Origin: Perna viridis
Taxonomy: Eukaryota
Direction: 5' to 3'
DNA length: 64,000 bases
Assembly (NCBI GenBank): GCA_037379345.1
Contig: CM074511.1
Span: 1,612,001 to 1,676,000 of the forward strand
This document shows, piece by piece, positions 1-12,500 of the stretch. Within the stretch, counting starts at the first letter, position 1; every line of letters starts with the position of its first letter. The notes beneath the pieces are model-generated. The model had not been told where the DNA came from, did not search any database, and saw only the letters and a list, made by a program, of their open reading frames with translations. The position numbers and the translations under genes were made by a program.

Positions 1-74
1 CTTGACTACTCTTACGAGTGTTGCAAGGAAGGAACCTAATAAGAAATATTTTCTCCCTATATACAGCTTGTATT

Positions 75-500
75 TTAGACAGCAATCAAATTTTGGGGGT
101 ATATAGGAATTTCCTTGTCTGTCTGTCAGTTTACACATCTAATCAAACTTCTCATTAGTGCAACCCCCTCCTTAAATATTCAGTAGATTTTGATGTAATT
201 TTATTGGAATTTTGGGCATCAAATGCAGATTTGCACAAAGGAAGAATATGTTTTACATATATTATAAAAATGCCTGCAAAGATAGATAATGCTTATGGAT
301 TTAACATGTGAAATACTTTGAAGGCAACACTCTTCCTGAACTGTTCAATGTGTTTTATTGAAATTTGTTTATAAGAAGTTAAACATGGTATGTACATGTA
401 TTTATATAAGTAATTAATGAGGCATGAGGCAGTATCCAACTTATGGGTAAAGTCCATTTGAAGAAAGGGATATTTTAGTTTTGAGCTTGGTCATAGTATT
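75..500 (+). mobile_element. Degenerate Helentron/HINE-like non-autonomous element
   Basis: ggggtatatagga...ttgtctgtctgtc microsatellite followed by the family-typical body; related starts at ~960 and ~10400. Confidence 0.4.
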
Positions 501-571
501 CTTAGTTTTATAATAGGAATGAAATGTCATTATTTTCTCAAAACTGGTATAGATTTTTCTTTTTTCTGAAG

Positions 572-3500
572 TTTTCACCATCAGTTGGACCAGCAGGAGG
601 AAAGACAAATGTATCCATTAGTGGTATAAACCTTGGTAAAACAGCAACAGATATTCAATCAGGTGTGACAATAGCTGGAGTTAGATGTACTGTACTACCA
701 GAACATTATCAACCTTCTTTCATGTAAGTATTAAGGATGACTGATGAGAATAATATAGCTAGCTTAAGCTGAAGTTAAACAAGTGGCTATAAAAATTCCC
801 ATGATTTGCCCTTACCATAAGGTTTTGGGTATAAAGATGAATTGGTCTGTATATTATTTGTCTTTCTTGGCATCTATTATTCAAATGATTTGAAGTGTGA
901 TCATCTATACCCCATGTGAACCTTTGTTCGTCATTATATTCCATGGGAACAGAGTTCAGGGGGTATATAGAAATCACTTTTTTTTTTGTCTGGTCCATTT
1001 CTTCTTTGTTCTGTTGACATAGGCATACCAAATTTGGCGCATGTGATGATGAGTTAGGTACACCTTTGAGCTCAAGTAAAAAATATTGGACTTTAATATT
1101 CATACCATGTATCACCTGATTCTGTCCTTACATGACTTTTCAACATACACAGCCAAATGTGCCACATATGGTAAACATATGGTAATCATTTGATATTTAA
1201 CATGTGATGATTATCTATGTGATTCTCATATGTTAATTTTGGCTTTAAAACATATGGTAATTATATCTGTGAAAAGCACCTGATTATCATATAGTAAGTA
1301 ATTATTTATTATAGTGACATGTGTACAAAATCAAACTAACAAACAATAATTTTAACATGAAATAAGATACACCCGGCCCACTGGACCTATAAGTCACTTA
1401 AATTAGCTTTATCTATATACAATTTCAAGCAAAGTAAAACAACAGAAAAAAAAATCATTTTGAGTAAATGAACTGTCTACGCTTACAATAAGCTTTTAAA
1501 ATAAAATTTGAAGTTTGTCTGGGAAAATATTTCACAAGTTGAATTAACTGTTCACATTTTGGTAAGGTTTTGAAAGTATCAAGTCCATTTATGTTATTGA
1601 CAAGCTCAGTTCTGATATCATTGTAAAAACAACATTCGGTCAAAAAGTGTATTTCATCTTCAATTACATTGTCAGTGTCACACAAACGACATATTCTTTG
1701 ATGTTTGGGTTCACCTACATAGCGGCCTGTTTCGATCCTCAAAGGGAGAATTCCACATCTGAACTGTGCCATCATAGATCTCTCAGATTTCGATAAGTTC
1801 ATTTTGACGTATGGTTCAATTTGGAAGAACGATTTAAACGTTTTGTAAGTCCTCAACTTTGGTGAGTTTTCATTCATATCAAACCACTCATGTGCGTACT
1901 TTTCAACAAGAGAGTCATTTACGGTGTTAAGATCACATACGAGTTTATTACTAAATTGATGATTGAGTCCAATGTCATTCATCACAGACTTTAAATCTGA
2001 GGACCAGTTATTGTTACATCTGTTATAGTCCCACAGAAACACTTGTTTACATAATCTGTCGTCAGGCATTTTCATAAGTCTATTCCAGTATCTAACCATA
2101 TGTTGAAAATGTCTATGTCGTGATGGTAACCAACCCATATCTCCGATTATTGCCGATTTAGGTGCGAACTTGTGTACTCCTAAGAAGTATCTGATTGCTT
2201 TATTTTGAACATTGTCAATACAGTTGAAACCTTTAAATCCCCATATAGCAGCATTATAGTCAATAATCGGAGCCACACATGAGTAGAACAGTTTTTGAAA
2301 AGTACTAACTCCACAGTCCTTTAGCCCGTGCACTTTTGAGATTAGGGCCCCGAGGGCACGACCTCCAGCCTTAGCAAGATTATCGGCATTTGACTCGAAT
2401 GTTTTCTTTTCATGAAATATCACGCCTAGATACTTATATTGTTCTGTTATTTGTAGCATATTATCACCAATTTTAAACTGGAAGGATGTAATAATCATCC
2501 GATAATGATATGATAACTGAAATATATCAATATCATATGCTGCTCAATTTATATGATCATCATATAATGCAACCAAATGATTCTCATGTGTGGCACATTT
2601 GCATATGTAACATTAAATGTTTTAGTTTTAGTGACTCAAGCCAGCATGAAGATATGTGGGTGACAAGGGGTATCCTTTGTGAACTTTTCTCACAGTATTT
2701 CTGCTTTATGTACTAGTTCTACTGAATTAAGGAACTCCAGATTTATTTCTTTATAATTACAATAAATGTCACAAATGTAAAATGGGGCTTTGCTACTTAA
2801 TATCAGATGTCACTTTTATTCCTAACGAGCACCATTGAAAGTTTGAACTTCTGCACAGCGCATGGCTACTTGGGGATACTTGGTTTTTTTTTTTTTTTTT
2901 TCTCAAATACAAAATCAAAGGCAACAATGAGCTTGATATAGTCCCGTTACACGGTTGAACATCCATAACATTTATCTTACCTTTTTTAGTTTCGATTGAG
3001 ATTATTGTTTGTTGTCTTCTGAATTTTGTGGTTCTAGTCTACCTACAAAAATTGGAACCCCACAAACAATAATGAAGCCTAGTAAATCTAAAACTTCTCA
3101 CAGGTATCAGTATGACAAAGAGTAATCAAGGGAACCAAGATTTTAGTGGAAATAACAAAAAATGTAATCCAGGGACAAAGACCAGAAATGGGAAACAGAC
3201 AAACAGAACAATGAACATAAAATAACCAAAATAATATGTACAAAGCAACAAAAGTAAATGAGCAACTCAGACTCCACTGAAAACTGGGAGTATGGATCTG
3301 GTGCAACATTAGGATGAAAGGAAAATTGACTATATGAAATGAAAGTCATCACATTTGTTGTATAATTTGGTCAATAGTTTTCTAATCAACTGAACTCATA
3401 TGTTAAAATACAAGAAATAAGTCTTTGATTTTTTTTTCAGGTTTAAATGTGAGACAGAACCTACAGCCAAACCAAGCAGTGGCCCTGTACAAGTTATCAT

Positions 3501-6500
3501 TGGAAAAAAATATACAGCTGTATCCCAGAATAACTTTACATTTGTGGTGTGTAAACCTAGTCTGTAGCTGTTGTTTTACAGCAAATGCATAGCAGAAGTA
3601 GATTTAAGGATTTGTATTTTTGTTTGAATTTAAATTTTATTTTTAATATGAAATACAATGTTGTACTTCCCACTTAATCTGCACTAAACATAGGTCCAGG
3701 TTGCTTAGATACCTTAATTATGGAACCAGAAATAAATTATATCAAAATGTAATTGATAGACTCTGTTCTGAATTAAAGGTCAATTGAGAAGGACAATAAA
3801 GTTTGACCCTTGATTTAAATGGATCACTTACGCTGAAACATACATATATGTTATAAATTTTGTCTACATGATTAATGTTTATTGTTAGGAGCCTCAGGTT
3901 TTGTTTTTGACTCCCACAATGGGTCCACGATCTGGTGGTACAATGATTACTATTGGAGGAACAGACCTTAACGCTGGCACCAGTGTAACAGTATCTGTTG
4001 GTGGTAGTTCTTGTCAGGTCAAACAGTAAGTTCACACACTGTAGATTGATTCCATTGACCAAGTAGATCTTCTGCATTTTTTTGAGAGGGGAATTAATAG
4101 TCTTTGTTTAATACGAAAATCAAGGATTTTATAGTAGACTGTAAAAATCCTCATGTAATTTAATTTAATTTTTTGTTAATTCATAGATGCCAACATTTTT
4201 ATGAATATTTCAGGTAGAATATTTGATCTTACAGTCAACAGTCTATATCTATGGATTTCCAATTGTTCCATGCCATTTCTGGTTTAGAAAACATACTCCA
4301 ATCGCTAAGAAGTTTAGCAGAACCTTTGAAATAAGCACAATAGGAATTTTGATCATACAGTGTGTTAAAATCTCCCGAAAAGTTATTGATCTCTGAGGAT
4401 AAATCTTATTGTTGCTGGATAGTGAACAGAATGCGTTTTCATACCAGATTATTTGAGATTTCAATTTCAATTTCAATATGATGACTGACAAAAGTGTCAA
4501 ATTACGGATGACTAATTTTTTTCTAATGATTGGATCAAAAAGGAGTTATATCTATGTTAATTTTCAAATCATAGCATGAAATAATTCTGCAGAGTCAAAC
4601 GGTCAAAGTCATAATTTTTTTCATTTTACGGTAATAGAAATGTAGAAATTGTGATAGATATTTTTTCTGTATGTCAGTGAACCCTTATTATTCCTTCAAT
4701 ATTTATTTTAGTGTATCACTTAACACCCTTTCCTGTAAGACGAGCCCCCAGACAGGACCTGAGGATAGCTCTGAGATTGAAGTCAGTTTTGGAGGTTATA
4801 CTAGGCTGATGCAACCAAAGTTTTCATACATGGATGATCCTGAAATCTCAGAAATTTCTCCTAAAAAAAGTATTCTCAGGTAAATTGTCATATTCTCTTC
4901 TTATTTTCCTATCATGAATTCTTTCCTAAATCATTTTTTTTATAATTTGGTTTCTATGACATTATTAATTTCAGTTAGTGTTCTTTTTCAGGGGAGGGAC
5001 TAAGGTGGTAGTTAAAGGAACCAGGTTGAATATTGTACAGAGAGCTGAATTCTTTATAGAAGTTGGGAACCAGAAATTTTCAACAGTAAGTTAAGTCTCA
5101 TGCACGTTTTTTTTATTATTTGTAGGGTACCTATTTTCGTGTTTTTTTTTGTTAGTACCAAGAACCTGAAATTTAAGTACCGAATAAAGTGTTTATTAGT
5201 GATAGGGGTGTCCTTCCTTTGATCTTTACTTCCTTCTTTCCTTTTGTTACAGTGAGGGATACCCATCTCTTATCCATTACTTCTACACTACTGAATGAAA
5301 TTTATTGAAACTTTCACAGAATTTTCATTACATATTATGCACCTCCTATTTTAGAATTTGATCCAAATCAGTATGAAAGACAAAGAGTGTATGTTATCAA
5401 AGGGATGTATTAAGGTAATGAGCATGGCTCATAGTTATTCTAAAAATAACCACAAAAAAAACCACGGTATGTCATCTGTTTTAATGTAATGCTGTTGTGG
5501 TTTCTGAGGGGTTTTTTTTTGTTTACAGGTAAGCAGTTCCATGGTATATTGATTATGTTGATGAACTTTAATATGACCTTTGATCTTAGATGTTATGCTA
5601 TTGCATTGTCCAGTATATATAATAACACTTGTCATGTTTACATTTGTTTTGGAAATAACATGATTATGATAATCATTCTCATCAAGAATGTGTATTTTTT
5701 ATTTAGATATGTGATGCCAATAATATAGGAATTGCTCACTGGTTGACATGTAAAACACCAAAACTTAATGTAGACCCACAGAATGTCACACTAACCAACC
5801 CCAAAGCTGTCCATTATGGGTTTAACCTCGATGGAGTTAAGACATACCGTAACCTCTCTCTGAGTAAAGGAATGATGGAGTATTATCCTGATCCTGAAGT
5901 AGATATGTTTGACACAGAGAACCAGGAAGTTAAATATAAAGCTGGAAAACCTCTTGTTATTAAGGTATATTAGAGTTTTATTATTTCCATATATTTTGTA
6001 GTATAGATTAAAATACAACAAAGACTTTAAAATGTTCAAGTAGAAGTGTTGCTTTAAAACTGTGAAGTTAACATTATTAAATTCATTTACTTTTCTACCT
6101 TAATATACATATAATGTGCTGATGAGAATACCCTAAGGTTTGTGTCCTTTGAGTCAAAAAATTAGATAAACATGACTTGTCAAATTTCAGTATTCCTCTT
6201 TAAGTTTGTACCCTCGTTCAATAGCTAAAAACATTTAATTGTATTCTGCATCATTCAAGAGTTTTGACTGTTCATTTCAGGGTCACTTCCAAGGTATACA
6301 GCAAGTGATTATGACATAAAGTTTTGACTGTTCATTTCAGGGTCACTTCCAAGGTATACAACAGCTTGTTATGACATAAAGTCTTGACTGTTCATTTCAT
6401 GGTCACTTCCAAGATATACAGCAGCTGATTATGGCATAAAGTTTTGACTGTTCATTTTGGGGTCACTTCCAAGATAAACAACAGCTGATTATGGCATAAA

Positions 6501-9500
6501 GTTTTGACTGTTCATTTTGGGGTCACTTCCAAGATATACAACAGCTGATTATGACATAAAGTTTTGACTGTTCATTTCAGGGTCACTTCCAAGATATACA
6601 GCAGCTGATTATGGCATAAAGTTTTGACTGTTCATTTCACGGTCACTTCCATGGTTTACAACAGCTGATTATGACATAAAGTTTTGACTGTTCATTTCGG
6701 GGTCACTTCTAAGATATACTGCAGCTGATTATGACATAAAGTCTTGACTGTTCATTTCAGGGTCACTTCTAAGATATACAGCAGCTGATTATGGCATAAA
6801 GTTTTGACTGTTCATTTCACGGCCACTTCCAAGATATACAGCAGCTGATTATGACATGAAGTTTTGACTGTTCATTTCAGGGTCACTTCCAAGATATACA
6901 GCAGCTGATTATGACATGAAGTTTTGACTGTTCATTTCAGGGTCACTTCCAAGATATACAGCAGCTGATTATGACATGAAGTTTTGACTGTTCATTTCAG
7001 GGTCACTTCCAAGGTATACAACAGCTGGTTATGACATAAAGTCTTGACTGTTCATTTCATGGTCACTTCCAAGATATACAGCAGCTGATTATGACATGAA
7101 GTTTTGACTGTTCATTTCAAGGTCACTTCCAACATATACAGCAGCTGATTATGACATAAAGTTTTGACTGTTCATTTCAAGGTCACTTCCAAGATATACA
7201 GCAGCTGATTATGACATGAAGTTTTGACTGTTTATTTCAGGGTCACTTCCAAGATATACAGCAGCTGATTGTGGCATGAAGTTTTGACTGTTTATTTCAG
7301 GGTAACTTTCAGGGTATACAACAGCTGATTATCCAGGATCTGAAGGTATTTGTTGGGAAGTCTCTTTGTGAAGATAAGGAAGCTACGGACCTCACAGTTA
7401 ACTGTACTCCTCCTGCTAAAGCCAATGGATTAGATAGTAATGGCAATGCTGAGGTTTATGTAAGTATTATAGATAATTAGATTCAACCAGCATAGAACAC
7501 ACTAAATTATAAAGCAAGGTTGGAGCAAGCTTGAAAGATATTGATGCTCTAGTATTGCTATGAAATATAAAGACAATACTAATATAAGCTGTACTCTAAT
7601 CATAAAAGTTTTGATTACAGTTTGTTAAGGTCAGAAATGTAAATAAGTGTTAATTGAAGAAGTTCACAGTCATACTATTAAAGGGAAGGCAAAGTTATGG
7701 CATATTAAGACTGTTGATTTTCTTATGAAGTATTTTTTTACATAGAAGATCCTACACATGGATATCTGAATAAAATATTTTGAATCAAGAGTATTGCTGA
7801 ATATTGACAGTCACTTTGACTGCTTACTGTGAAATACAGGCCCATAGTTTAGGTAGGTTTGGAATCAAAATAGCAAAAGAGCATGAAAACTCTAAAAAAA
7901 ACATCAAGCTTAATTTGGTGAAGTACTATTAAAAGTTGAAACAATTTTGTCCTAATACCCCTCTAAAAGATTACTGGCTAAAGGGCCCGAAAAGTGCATA
8001 TTTCTGTTTTATTTCACAGATAAAACTAGGAAACTACCGCAAGAAGTTAGGGTACCTGAGTTACTTTGAGCCTGAATCAGCAGACAAACCTATAGCTCTC
8101 GGTATTATCCTTGGTGTGGTCATCCCCATAATTGCTATCATTTTACTGCTAGCATTCTGTATCATAAAGAGACAGAGGAAGAATGGACCAACTAAGAATG
8201 CTATACCTGATATGCTGAAGGATTACGATACAGTGAAGGAGGAGGAAGATATAGGACTGCTCTCTGTCAAGGCTGATCTTAATGGCCAGATTCCTAATAA
8301 TGGTAACTATCTCAATCTTCTTTACCTCCTTCAAGGCTGACCTCTTTGGCCAGATTCTTAATAATGGTAACTACCTCAATCCTTTAATACCTCCTTCAAG
8401 GCTGCTCTTAATAGCCAGATTCCTAATAATTGTGACTACCTCAATCTTCTTTATCTTCTTTAAGGCTGACCTCAGTGGTCAGATTCTTAATAATGGGAAC
8501 TACCTCAATCCTTACCTCTTCCAAAGCTGATCTTAACGGCAAATTACTAACAATCGGAAGAATGATAACCTCAATCATTCTTACTCTCTCCACCTCAGGT
8601 AGTTTAAACAACCTCTATCTCTCCAATATCTAGTGATGACATGTCAATCCATTGTTATAGTCAGTTCAACTCTCTTGTGAGCTGTTGCTTGATTGATAAG
8701 TAGTGCAAGGTAAAGGACTAACTTGATATCTCACGTTATCAGCTAATGATCATTAGAACAGTTGTCTGAACTATTTTGTACACATCAGACAGAAGGTGAT
8801 ACATTTCATGTTAAAATCCACAAAATTCACTGTTACTTATTATTCAGAAAGGTTACAGACCATGTATTCAGACTTTAGTATTTGGTTATTGCATTTTTAA
8901 GACAAAAATTATATTGATAGAGGTCTCACTAACCATTTCTAACATTTCCATTACTTTACATGTTAAAAAAGTATTTTTCAAAGTTTACTTGTGAATTGGC
9001 AGAATAAATGACATCTTTAAAGTTGTGAAGCTTGGAAAATAAGGCTTTCAAAATCATTATGCTAATGGTACGATGATTGTAGAAATTCTTTACAAAATTT
9101 ACTTGAATAAATAATACTGAAAATCCACATTTTTACCTGTTCTGCTAACTGACAGCATGGAGGCAAATTACTCACACATATAAGCAATATTCATACACTT
9201 TTGTAGTAAATTACAAATATGATTTTAAAGTACAAATTCTCAGCTTTATTTTGACTACCTTTAATCAGAAAACATACAAATAATGCACTGACAATGCATA
9301 GATCTAGGTTCAGTGTGTTTTTGGTACTACATAGGGGGTGGCCATTTGACCCAGAAGTGGTTAGTGAGACCAGAATACAGAATTGGGTCTCACTAACCAC
9401 TTCTAACGTTTCCATTACTTTACATGTTAAAAAAGTAATTTTCAAAGTTTCACTTTTTAATTCCCAGGACAAATGACATTTTAAAGTTGCATACTGTTGC

Positions 9501-12500
9501 AAAGCTGGGAAAATAAGGCTTCCAAAATCATTATGCTAATGGTACGATGATTGTAGAAATTCTTCACAAAATTTACTTGAATAAATAATACTGAAAATCC
9601 ACATTTTTACCTGTTCTGCTAACTGACAGCATTGAGGCAAATTACCCACACATGTAAACAATATTCATACACTTTTGTAGTAAATTACATGTATGATTTT
9701 GAAGTACACATTCTCAGCTTTATTTTGACTACTTTTAATCATAATACACACAAATAATGCACTTACAATGCATATGTCTAGATTCAGTGTGTTTTTAGTA
9801 CTACATAGGGGGGTCACCCTTTGACCCGGAAGTGGTTAGTGAGACCTTGGCACTTCAGAATAGTTATCATTCTTGATTTCATTAGATACAGAGGGAAATG
9901 AATGTATGAATTTTTAAAAATACAAATGTGTATACAGATTGTAGGTGTTGACCAACAAAGCATGGTTTGTTCATTGGGTGTTTTTTTGTATCACCTGAAC
10001 TTTATATGTGTTGTTATTAGTGGTAGCATCGGATAAACTGATGAAATATTATGACAGATATTTATTTGTATTTGTAGATACAGGTCCCTACATAACAGAG
10101 CTGTTATCTCGTATCCCTGATGAAAGTATGAAACAGAAGATCTCCACATTCCTCATTGCTAGGAGTCAGATGGACATAGGAGAAGTTCTGGCCAAAGGTT
10201 TGTGTCATGTCACTGTTTTAATAATCAAATACATGAGAAGGTTTAGAAAGTAATAGTATTTGTTACTGTGTGACAGTGATTACATTGCATACTTAGGCAG
10301 TGGTTTAGTTATCATTTATTATAAGACATAGTTACAGACATAGTACAGATTTTTCACACATACTTTAGAGGCATTTAAAAAGTAAAGCTTTGAAGGAGAG
10401 TGGGGTATACAGTTTTACCCTTGTCCTTTAGTCCATGTTTCCATCCGTATCAATTTTTTCCATCACAGTTTTCTTAGCAGCTTGAAATTTGAACACATTC
10501 TTCCCATAGGTATGCAAGATGGTGGGATCCTTTTTCAGATAAATTTGACAACAACTTCATGTTTACCTAGAACTTTGTTTATTTTCCTTATATTGTGATT
10601 GACGGGAGGGTATCACTAGTGAGCCATTAATCATAGATTTATTGTTTTAAAGAACCAAATCAAAAAAATGTAAGATACTATGAACTTAATTTTATAGAAA
10701 ATGTCAGAATTTAGATTGTAGATTTTTAATGACATATTTCTTTGCAGGTTTCTATGGTAACACCTACAAAGCTGAATATAAAATATCTGCTGATAAGGAT
10801 CCATCTCAAGTTACCATTAAAGTCTTACAAGGTAAGGAGAAAAACAATAATCTTTTTAATTTGCAAAAGATTTTATTTGGTGGTATGGGTTCATTAATTG
10901 TTTTGACTTGTGTCTTTAATATATGGACTGGATTTTATAGCTAGAATAAAAGTTATAGAGGAGGTTATGTTTTGTGAACAGGTTTCCATACAGACACTGA
11001 TTCTATTGATAACTTTGTACAACACATGGTGACATACGGAGATTTACAACACTACGCACTAGTGCCTTACCTTGGGGTCTGTCTGGGAGCTGTTGAGGAC
11101 CCAATTCTAGTCTCATCATATACCTCATGTACTGATCTCAAAACATATGTTAAAGATGTTACTAAGGTGAGTTTACAGTAAGTGAGAAAGTTGAGTCTAC
11201 TTAGTGAGTTTTAGCATACAGTAAATGTGGGCCAATAAGTGAGAAAGTTTAGTCTACTTAGTGAGTTATAACAGTAAGTGAGTGAAATTATTGAATAAGT
11301 TGAGACTGAGTGAGATATTGTGGAGTTGAAAATATGGATCTAATGAATATTTTTACTTTCTTTAGTAGAACTTGTTCATGTCAGCATTGAAGTTGGGAAA
11401 TTCATAAAGGAAGATTGGACTTAAAATTGTTTTATTTCAATTCCAAGGGGTATCATTTTAAGTAGCAGATAAAAAATTGACCTACACTAACCCCTTGCCT
11501 GTTCCAAAAATTGATTAAATTCCTGCAAACTTAATTAAAGTAATGATAAATTTCAAAATTAAATAATTATCCCACAACACAAGTAAACTGTATGTTTAAT
11601 TACAGAATTTAACAGTATCAGACATACTAGAGATGTCACAACAAATAGCTGATACAATGGTGTATTTACAGAGCTTAGATTTAGTTCATGGTAATCTAGC
11701 TGCCAGAAATTGTTTGTAAGTAGGTTTAATAGTTCAATTCATCCATATATGTCATTTGGTGTTTAGAAATCAAAAGAAAGAGGCTGATCCAGGCACTCCT
11801 TTGAAGAATTGCTTATGTTTGAATATTAATACCAAGATTGATACTGAAACAGCTTTCAAGACAAATTAATACTTACAATCAACATGACTGTTCATGATAA
11901 CTAGTATGTATCTAGTCAGTATCATAAATAATTAGTATGTATCTAGTCAGTATCATAAATAATTAGTATGTATCTAGTCAGTATCATAAAAATAACTAGT
12001 ATGTATCTGGTCAGTATCATAAATAACTAGTATGTATCTAGTCAGTATCATAAATAATTAGTATGTATCTAGTCAGTATCATAAAAATAACTAGTATGTA
12101 TCTAGTCAGTATCATAAATATAACTAGTATGTATCTGGTCAGTATCATAAATAATTAGTATGTATCTAGTCAGTATCATAAATAACTAGTATGTATCTAG
12201 TCAGTATCATAAAAATAACTAGTATGTATCTAGTCAGTATCATAAATATAACTAGTATGTATCTGGTCAGTATCATAAATAATTAGTATGTATCTAGTCA
12301 GTATCATAAATAACTAGTATGTATCTAGTCAGGATCATAAATATAACTAGTATGTATCTAGTCAGTATCATAAATAACTAGTATGTATCTAGTCAGGATC
12401 ATAAATAACTAGTATGTATCTAGTCAGGATCATAAATATAACTAGTATGTATCTAGTCAGTATCATAAATAACTAGTATGTATCTAGTCAGGATCATAAA

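Noticed and set aside
6261-7332. CRISPR-like regularly spaced array
   Set aside because: Units are contiguous with no unique spacers, there are no cas genes, and the context is a eukaryotic intron; the same applies to 25946-27443 and 47675-47998.
572-8302. Plexin call from the IPT repeats
   Set aside because: The cytoplasmic part is a tyrosine-kinase fold, not a plexin GAP domain.
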